From an uncultured Bacteroidota bacterium (GTDB taxonomy: Bacteria > Bacteroidota > Bacteroidia > Flavobacteriales > BACL11): a DNA stretch of 64,000 nucleotides. Location: contig CACIJW010000001.1 in the NCBI GenBank assembly GCA_902587125.1, positions 13,566 to 77,565 on the forward strand, written 5' to 3'. The translations under genes and the position numbers were made by a program. The notes beneath the pieces were generated by a model. It ran no database searches. It saw only the letters and a list, made by a program, of their open reading frames with translations, and was not told where the DNA came from. This document shows, in pieces, positions 58,327 to 64,000 of this stretch; the stretch's first letter is position 1, and every line of letters begins with the position of its first letter.

Positions 58327-60210
58327 CTACTCTATAATCAAACTTCTGCTTAATCTGAATTCTTCAGTTTCATAAAAAATTAAATATGAACCAGGCTCAA
58401 GAAATGACAAATCAATTGACTGAGTACTAGCTTGATTAGTAAAGTTAGTTTCAAAAACATTTTTGCCCAAAATATCTTTTACGCTGAATAAGTCATTAGA
58501 AGAAAAATCATTAGAGCTGACTATAAATAACTTCCCATCTGACGGATTAGGATAAATCTTAAACAATTTATCAAATTCTTCATCAACAATACTGCTAACA
58601 GCAGGAGGCTCAAAGTTCATTCTAATCATAGGATTTCTAGTAATGTAATACCATGTTGGTGTTCCGTTAGAATTTGGTGAAGTGCCTATCTCATCATAAA
58701 GAGAGTTCTCAGTTCCTAGAGCAGTTCCAGAGTAACCTACACCCACAGAATCAGAGGGATGTTGATAACCACCTATCCCTATTTCATATCCAGTTCCAGC
58801 AAAAAGTGGAACTGGTGGATCAAAGTTTATAGTCACCCAATTATCTCTGTCTGCAGGGGTTATTGTATAATCATCTGTTTGAGTAATATAAATTGGTGTT
58901 GTAGATGAAGGATCATTTTCATAAAGTATTCCGTATACTTCCGCTCCAGGAATAGACCAATCTGCTATATATACATCAACTGCTGTTAAATCAATGGGTG
59001 AATAAATATCCATGTATGATGTAATATGATTTTGTCTTATTGCAGTAGCAACATCATACCATCCTTGATAATTATTCAAGTCTTTGCCATATACATAATC
59101 TGTAACAACTGTTTCTCTTGTTGTAGTATCTGTGTATGCAGAATCTCCTACTCCCCACATAGAAATGGTGTAAAGACCTATTGTAGTTGGGCTGAATGGC
59201 TGATTAATCATAAAAGTATCTTGCTGTGATGTAGATAAATAAACTGAATTAGATGTAGATGTATGCACTATGTTTCCAATCGCATCTGTCACTTCAGCAT
59301 GTAATGTCATATTCTGTGGAGCAGAACCATTATTAGTTAAAACAGCTTCTATGCTATATGGATTAGATGAGACTTGTGAAAGCGGGTTAAAAGTGTAGTC
59401 ACAACCTATTCCACCAGCCAACTGATAAGCTTTCCACCATCCACCTGTAACCTCATCACTCATTGTTACTAAATTATTTGGAGTTTCTATAATTCTCATA
59501 TCATCAATCATCCAATAATAAACCCTAGCTTCCCAACTGACCTTTACAAATACATTCGTTTGATTTCCAGCAACTGAGGAAATATTTAAACTAACGGTCT
59601 CTGGATTTGCAGATTGAGTATTATTAGTAATACTTCCTTGTACAAAATAGTCTGTCCAAGAAATACTATCATTACTAACTGAAACTACCAAATTTAAATT
59701 ATTGTTAAATCTAAAGAGTTGTTCAAACTCTAGTGTAACTGCAGGATAGCCTGTTGTATTAATCGCTGAGGTTGTAAATTGTGAATTAATGTACTGGTAT
59801 GTTGTTCCTGACGGCTGACCGTAAGCTGTATGATTTGCTGAATCTGGGTCTGATATTAGAAATCCATTTGATGCCGTTGTTGAACTGATTCCTGCTGCAG
59901 GTGAATTTCCTTGATTACTGTTCCAATATCCCCAAGAACCATCATTACTCCAAACCCATGGTGCGGTAGCGATTCCACCAACAGTATTGGTACTCGAACT
60001 TGACCATCCAGAGGGAAATCCTGATGAAAAATCCTCAGACCAGATAACAGTCTGTGTAGAATTTTGTTGTGAATTGTTGTAATTATTTTGAACAATAATA
60101 GAGCTTGAATTTTCTATTGCCTTGTCATCTGGACTAAAATTATTTTTTTCTTCTTCAGAGAAAGCAAAGATTGAATATATTATTGAAATTGAGAATAAAA
60201 GTTTTTTCAT
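58327..60210 (-). CDS. Secreted protein of unknown function with a T9SS C-terminal sorting domain (tandem paralog 1)
   Basis: 627 aa with a signal peptide. The N-terminal domain begins WSEDFSSGFPSGW and ends YYWMIDDMRIIETP, which looks like the choice-of-anchor-J domain. The C-terminus KIYPNPSDGKLFI...GSYLIFYETEE...LIIE is a Por-secretion-tail pattern. Confidence 0.7.
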   Translation of the reverse strand: MKKLLFSISIIYSIFAFSEEEKNNFSPDDKAIENSSSIIVQNNYNNSQQNSTQTVIWSEDFSSGFPSGWSSSSTNTVGGIATAPWVWSNDGSWGYWNSNQGNSPAAGISSTTASNGFLISDPDSANHTAYGQPSGTTYQYINSQFTTSAINTTGYPAVTLEFEQLFRFNNNLNLVVSVSNDSISWTDYFVQGSITNNTQSANPETVSLNISSVAGNQTNVFVKVSWEARVYYWMIDDMRIIETPNNLVTMSDEVTGGWWKAYQLAGGIGCDYTFNPLSQVSSNPYSIEAVLTNNGSAPQNMTLHAEVTDAIGNIVHTSTSNSVYLSTSQQDTFMINQPFSPTTIGLYTISMWGVGDSAYTDTTTRETVVTDYVYGKDLNNYQGWYDVATAIRQNHITSYMDIYSPIDLTAVDVYIADWSIPGAEVYGILYENDPSSTTPIYITQTDDYTITPADRDNWVTINFDPPVPLFAGTGYEIGIGGYQHPSDSVGVGYSGTALGTENSLYDEIGTSPNSNGTPTWYYITRNPMIRMNFEPPAVSSIVDEEFDKLFKIYPNPSDGKLFIVSSNDFSSNDLFSVKDILGKNVFETNFTNQASTQSIDLSFLEPGSYLIFYETEEFRLSRSLIIE

Positions 60211-60219
60211 ATTTAGTTT

Positions 60220-62094
60220 TTATTTAATTGTAATTTTTGTTTTTGTTGAGTAATTTTTATTTTTCAGAGATAACATATAGTTTCCTTTGTCCATGTGACT
60301 CACATCAATTGTCTTAATTTGACAATTTTCAATCCTTTCATTTAAAACAAGTTTACCAGCAATATCAAAAATTTCTAAAACTATCTCTTCTGAGATAGGG
60401 TCAAGAAGTTCAATATTTAAGGAATTCTGAGAAGGATTGGGAAATATTCTTAAGTTTTTATACTTTTCAAGACTAACGGTTGAGGGCCATGTAGAGCCAA
60501 AATTCATTCTAATCATAGGGGTATTCGATATGTAGTACCAATAACCAAAAGCCTGAGTACCTAAATTACATCCATTGTCCTGAATTCTTGACATAAGAAC
60601 TTCAGCATCACCAGAGGTACTAACTCCAAATGTATCAAGAGGATGTGCGTATCCTCCTATTGCAATAGCATGTGGGCCTGGAAATATTGAGTATGCTGGT
60701 TTAAATGCAAGATTTATCCAATTATCAATATCTTGAGCTTGCAAGCTGTAATCGTCTGTTTGAGCTAATTGAATAAATGCCCAAGGACTTTGAGTTGTAT
60801 CGACTTCATACAATACCGCATAAACTGGTGTTCCTGGTCTTGAATAATCCGCAATATGTGCTGATGCAGAACTAACTTGCTCATTGTTGTAGATATCAAA
60901 AATATTCAATAATTGTAATCCTCCACAATCTCTAGCTACTCTCCAGTCGCCATCAGGGCTTCCATAATCTCTTCCATATACTGAATCAGTGATTACTGCT
61001 TGCATTTGTATTGTGTCAGAACTTAATACACTATCGCTACTAGCCCAATATGAAATATCATATACTCCAATTGTTGCAGGATCGTAAGTTTGATTAGCTA
61101 GATAAGTAGCAGTATCTAAAATATCTAGAGTTGTTGTATCACTTGAGGAGGAAAAAACCTGAGATCCTATCGCATTATTGACTGAAACATTCATTTTAAT
61201 TCCATTTAAATTTTTAGCTCCCGCGTTTGCAACTTTAAGTTCAAACATGTATGGATTTGCAGCGGATTGAGTTAATGGTTTGAAGGTATAGTCTATTCCA
61301 AATCCAGTTGTTGTAGCATAACCAACCTCCCAGCCTCCATGATTAGCATCAACAGTTTCCAATAAAAAGCTTGGTGTTTCCATTAACTCTAAATCGTCAA
61401 TCATCCAAAAGTAATAACCTGAGAACCCATTAATAACATTAGTTGTTCCCTCAAATACAAAACTTAATTGAACATTTGAATTACCAGCAACAGAAAAAGG
61501 AACTCTAACTAGTGCTACCTGATCAGTAAATGTAGCATCATTTGTTGCGATATCAGAGTGAACTTGAACTCTTGAATTAAAATTTCCATTGACATAAAAA
61601 TCTACAAAAGCTTGACCAGCAAATGTTCTATAGTAGGAGTTCATTTTTAGAGTTACATCTGAATATGAACTCATATCTATCATATCAGTTCTGAGATCTC
61701 CTACATGAGGACAAGGATACATACCAGTTCCAAATGCGCCTTGAACTCCATTATTGTCATAGTAGTCTGAATCAAATATTATAAATCCATTATTGGCAGT
61801 TGGAGATGCAATTGGTGTCGAATTTTGATCATATGCTCCTTGCGATCCAACTCCAGTTCCAGGTGGTGTGCCAGGACCTCTATATACCCAAGGAGCAGTT
61901 GAATTTGTCCATGATGTTGGAATTCCAGACTGAAAATCCTCAGACCAAAAAGGTGCAGATTGTCTTAAATTATCAGAAACTTGATTAGCATAGCCTGTTT
62001 TTTCTTTATCATAAGTAAACTTTAAATTAGAAACTTGAGAATGAGAAAATAAAAATAGAATTGATGCTAAAACTGATAATAAAATTTTTTTCAT
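60220..62094 (-). CDS. Secreted protein of unknown function with a T9SS C-terminal sorting domain (tandem paralog 2)
   Basis: From the ATG at 62094 (MKKILLSVLASILFLFSHSQ) it has the same block order as paralog 1 (WSEDFQSGIPTSW, YYFWMIDDLELMETP, IDYTFKPLTQ, IAIGGYAHPLD, WYYISNTPMIRMNF, IFPNPSQNSL). A -7 box covers the ORF-track extension. Confidence 0.7.
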   Translation of the reverse strand: MKKILLSVLASILFLFSHSQVSNLKFTYDKEKTGYANQVSDNLRQSAPFWSEDFQSGIPTSWTNSTAPWVYRGPGTPPGTGVGSQGAYDQNSTPIASPTANNGFIIFDSDYYDNNGVQGAFGTGMYPCPHVGDLRTDMIDMSSYSDVTLKMNSYYRTFAGQAFVDFYVNGNFNSRVQVHSDIATNDATFTDQVALVRVPFSVAGNSNVQLSFVFEGTTNVINGFSGYYFWMIDDLELMETPSFLLETVDANHGGWEVGYATTTGFGIDYTFKPLTQSAANPYMFELKVANAGAKNLNGIKMNVSVNNAIGSQVFSSSSDTTTLDILDTATYLANQTYDPATIGVYDISYWASSDSVLSSDTIQMQAVITDSVYGRDYGSPDGDWRVARDCGGLQLLNIFDIYNNEQVSSASAHIADYSRPGTPVYAVLYEVDTTQSPWAFIQLAQTDDYSLQAQDIDNWINLAFKPAYSIFPGPHAIAIGGYAHPLDTFGVSTSGDAEVLMSRIQDNGCNLGTQAFGYWYYISNTPMIRMNFGSTWPSTVSLEKYKNLRIFPNPSQNSLNIELLDPISEEIVLEIFDIAGKLVLNERIENCQIKTIDVSHMDKGNYMLSLKNKNYSTKTKITIK

Positions 62095-62118
62095 AATATT
62101 TGATTTATAATAGTAAAA

Positions 62119-62126
62119 CAAATATA
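62119..62126 (-). promoter_or_regulatory. -7 promoter box TATATTTG for T9SS paralog 2
   Basis: The plus strand reads CAAATATA between the ASST-like stop (62133) and the ATG at 62094. Confidence 0.4.
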
Positions 62127-62132
62127 AAAAAA

Positions 62133-63674
62133 CTACTTTAAAATTATCTTTTTTTCAACCGTTCCGTCAGAATAAAATAAAAGAAGTAATTTATTGTCTT
62201 CTAAATCAGATTTTCTTCCTAAAATATCAAAAACTGATGATATATATTTAGTAGATGAATTACTTTGATTAATAATATTTGTTGGCATGTAACAAGAATA
62301 AGAAAATGGATATCCCTCAATTGGCCCAAAGGGTATCATATTTTTTCCATTAAAAGCTGAATATTCAGGATAATACCTTTCTGCTCTAAAAACATTGTTA
62401 GCCCAACCGTTACTTGAACTTGGAATACTGTCGCCTTGATTTAAAACAAGATTATTTACAACTGGATTAATGTATTTCCACACCTGGCTCTTATTTTTAT
62501 CAATCTCAAAAAAGGTACCATGAGCACCATCACAAATTAAAGTATTACCGTTTTTAAGCCTCTGAGCACCAGAGATATAAGAAGAAAAAAAGTCTGTTGG
62601 ATTATTTGCTGTATAAATCCATTCAGATGAATCTGGAATGAATTTCCCCAACTGGCTAAGTTGATAATAACCTGAATTTTGAAATTGAGTATTAACAATT
62701 TCTATGCTACTGTATCCTCTTGACTGTCCATTATTAAAAATTAATATCTTTTTTTCATCAACGAGCCCGTCTCCAATCCATTGAACGTCATGTTGACCAA
62801 ATAATCTTCTATTTGACGAGTTTCCTTTATTATATACTTGTGGATTACCCCACCGATATAAAAAATCACCACCTCTTCCATATATACCTCCTGAGCTAGA
62901 TGATGCTTCTGCAGTTGTTGTGCTATGATCTAAAATATAAAACTCTGACATAGAACGAGATCCTATTACAATTTGCTGAAGAGACTCATTATAGTCAATT
63001 GAATTACAATGTATCCAATCCTTTTTTCCATTACCGTTGAAATAATTTATATTTAATAGCTCGGGATGATTTTCAATAATTCCAAAATTATTTTTCGTAG
63101 AATCAAAGTCTTGAACCAGATGATCCCATAAATTCCACTCCCAAATAATTTTCATCGAATCAGTGCCAATAGGCTCCACTTCAATTATATATGTAGCCCA
63201 TAACTCATTATCAATTAAAGCATTTGGACTTCTACCAGCGAGAATAGCATCAGCTGATGAGTACCTTTTCCAGCATAGTATTAAGATATTGCCATTATCT
63301 AATGGTTCAATGTCATGATGTTGATGATAATAAATATTTGAGAAATTATAACTCCATTTCAAGTTATTGTACCAATCCCTTAGTTCAACTCTACCTCCAC
63401 TACCTCCACCACTAAAAATGCTACTTTGTATTCTACATGTTCTCAACAAATCTCCATTTTCAAGTAAATATGCCGAGTTTCCTGCGTTAAAATTACTCTG
63501 CCACTCATTTATCAAGTAGCCACAATTATCTATTAAATATGTTTTTTCATCTGCTGAAAAAAGAGTGTAACCATTAACTGCACTTGAATCATATTGAAAT
63601 AAACCAACTGTCTGATTTTGAGAGAAGCACACAATTGCATTTGAAAACAGTAATGTGAGGAATAAATTTTTCAT
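62133..63674 (-). CDS. Arylsulfotransferase (ASST)-like beta-propeller protein with a short T9SS-like C-terminal tail
   Basis: 513 aa with a signal peptide. The blocks HHDIEPLDNGNILIL, DWIHCNSIDYN, LYRWGNPQVY, LFGQHDVQWI and ILIFNNG resemble the ASST/Arylsulfotran_2 family as I recall it. The C-terminal end FDILGRK...LLFYSDGTVEKKIILK resembles the end of a T9SS sorting domain. Confidence 0.55.
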   Translation of the reverse strand: MKNLFLTLLFSNAIVCFSQNQTVGLFQYDSSAVNGYTLFSADEKTYLIDNCGYLINEWQSNFNAGNSAYLLENGDLLRTCRIQSSIFSGGGSGGRVELRDWYNNLKWSYNFSNIYYHQHHDIEPLDNGNILILCWKRYSSADAILAGRSPNALIDNELWATYIIEVEPIGTDSMKIIWEWNLWDHLVQDFDSTKNNFGIIENHPELLNINYFNGNGKKDWIHCNSIDYNESLQQIVIGSRSMSEFYILDHSTTTAEASSSSGGIYGRGGDFLYRWGNPQVYNKGNSSNRRLFGQHDVQWIGDGLVDEKKILIFNNGQSRGYSSIEIVNTQFQNSGYYQLSQLGKFIPDSSEWIYTANNPTDFFSSYISGAQRLKNGNTLICDGAHGTFFEIDKNKSQVWKYINPVVNNLVLNQGDSIPSSSNGWANNVFRAERYYPEYSAFNGKNMIPFGPIEGYPFSYSCYMPTNIINQSNSSTKYISSVFDILGRKSDLEDNKLLLLFYSDGTVEKKIILK

Positions 63675-63708
63675 TGAAAAAATAAGCAGAGTTTTAACTC
63701 TGCTTATT
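63675..63708 (-). terminator. Rho-independent terminator-like hairpin between the upstream T9SS gene and the ASST-like gene
   Basis: The minus-strand RNA would read AAUAAGCAGAGU-UAAA-ACUCUGCUUAUU followed by UUUUCA and then the AUG at 63674. This is a perfect 12-bp stem with a 4-nt loop. Confidence 0.5.
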
Positions 63709-63728
63709 TGATTTAGTAAATAGTCTGT

Positions 63729-64000
63729 TTATTCAATTACTATTTTTCTGCTAGTAGTTGTAGATGAACCTTCTATGTTCAATAAATATGTCCCAGTTGA
63801 AAAGCCTTGAACATCAATTGTGGTATTGTTAACTTTTGAAATATTTTTCTTGTATACTACCTTGCCAAGTAAATCCTTAATTTGTAAGAAATCAAAATTA
63901 TCAAGATTAGAAATAGAGATTACATTATTTGCAGGATTAGGATATATATTGAGATCTGATTTTATTAAGTTTTTGGAGATTGTACTACCAGAGGATGCTG
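63729..64000 (-). CDS. C-terminal part of another T9SS sorting-domain protein (5' end outside the window)
   Basis: The reverse strand is open to the window edge and ends ...IDVQGFSTGTYLLNIEGSSTTTSRKIVIE followed by TAA at 63729-63731. This is the typical Por-secretion-tail ending. Confidence 0.6.
   Translation of the reverse strand, partial: ASSGSTISKNLIKSDLNIYPNPANNVISISNLDNFDFLQIKDLLGKVVYKKNISKVNNTTIDVQGFSTGTYLLNIEGSSTTTSRKIVIE

Noticed and set aside
57453-64000. Possibility that the T9SS cargo array is a genomic island integrated at tRNA-Phe
   Set aside because: There is no integrase, transposase or phage gene. I could not find a direct repeat of the tRNA 3' end by eye. The conserved housekeeping gene elbB lies between the tRNA and the array. 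I cannot exclude old horizontal transfer without compositional statistics.
1-64000. Search for CRISPR arrays, retron- or DGR-like repeats, toxin-antitoxin pairs, restriction-modification or other defence systems
   Set aside because: I saw no regularly spaced repeats. No reverse transcriptase, nuclease/ATPase pairs or methyltransferase motifs appear outside rsmH and rsmA. Every ORF of at least 100 aa not inside another gene has a housekeeping, envelope or T9SS-cargo explanation.

Overview
This window is a very AT-rich, tightly packed chromosomal segment that reads as core genome of a member of the Flavobacteriia (Bacteroidota). The lineage call rests on gldB, gldC and gldD, on T9SS C-terminal sorting domains, and on TAnnTTTG-type -7 promoter boxes in front of many genes. 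I could not run any searches, so all calls come from motifs visible in the supplied ORF translations plus gene order.

Content in order:
- The start of the dcw cluster: mraZ-rsmH-ftsL-ftsI-murE'.
- Housekeeping genes: engB, gldC, gldB, nadE, lnt, pssA, purS, lptB-tatC-kdsD, recQ, serS, rpmA-rplU, ctaA, gldD, ssb, mutY, HU, rng, recX, prfB, fumC, manC, mlaEF, rsmA, mgtE, an aspartate kinase, a frameshifted PPi-phosphofructokinase, mfd and purH.
- The rod-shape cluster mreBCD-mrdA-rodA, then ppiD.
- A coaX / beta-barrel / TPR / LptC-like operon, tRNA-Phe and elbB.
- From about 58.3 kb to the window end, the only accessory-looking stretch: four consecutive minus-strand genes with T9SS sorting tails. 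Two are tandem paralogs of unknown function, one is an arylsulfotransferase-like propeller, and one is a partial gene.

I see no CRISPR array, transposase, integrase, prophage, toxin-antitoxin pair or recognisable defence system, and nothing I can defend as a clearly novel multi-gene system.

The observations most worth a second look:
1. A frameshift in an A9 tract that splits the phosphofructokinase gene.
2. A triple 10-bp-phased AAAGTGG direct repeat, probably the MraZ operator.
3. A recurring TAnnTTTG-N4-start-codon arrangement that implies leaderless mRNAs.
4. An untracked 29-codon, extremely basic ORF between HU and rng that resembles bS22/mS38-type ribosomal proteins.
5. Two other untracked small ORFs.
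6. The T9SS cargo array, with a terminator hairpin butting against a start codon.
7. The tightly overlapped coaX-OMP-TPR-LptC module.
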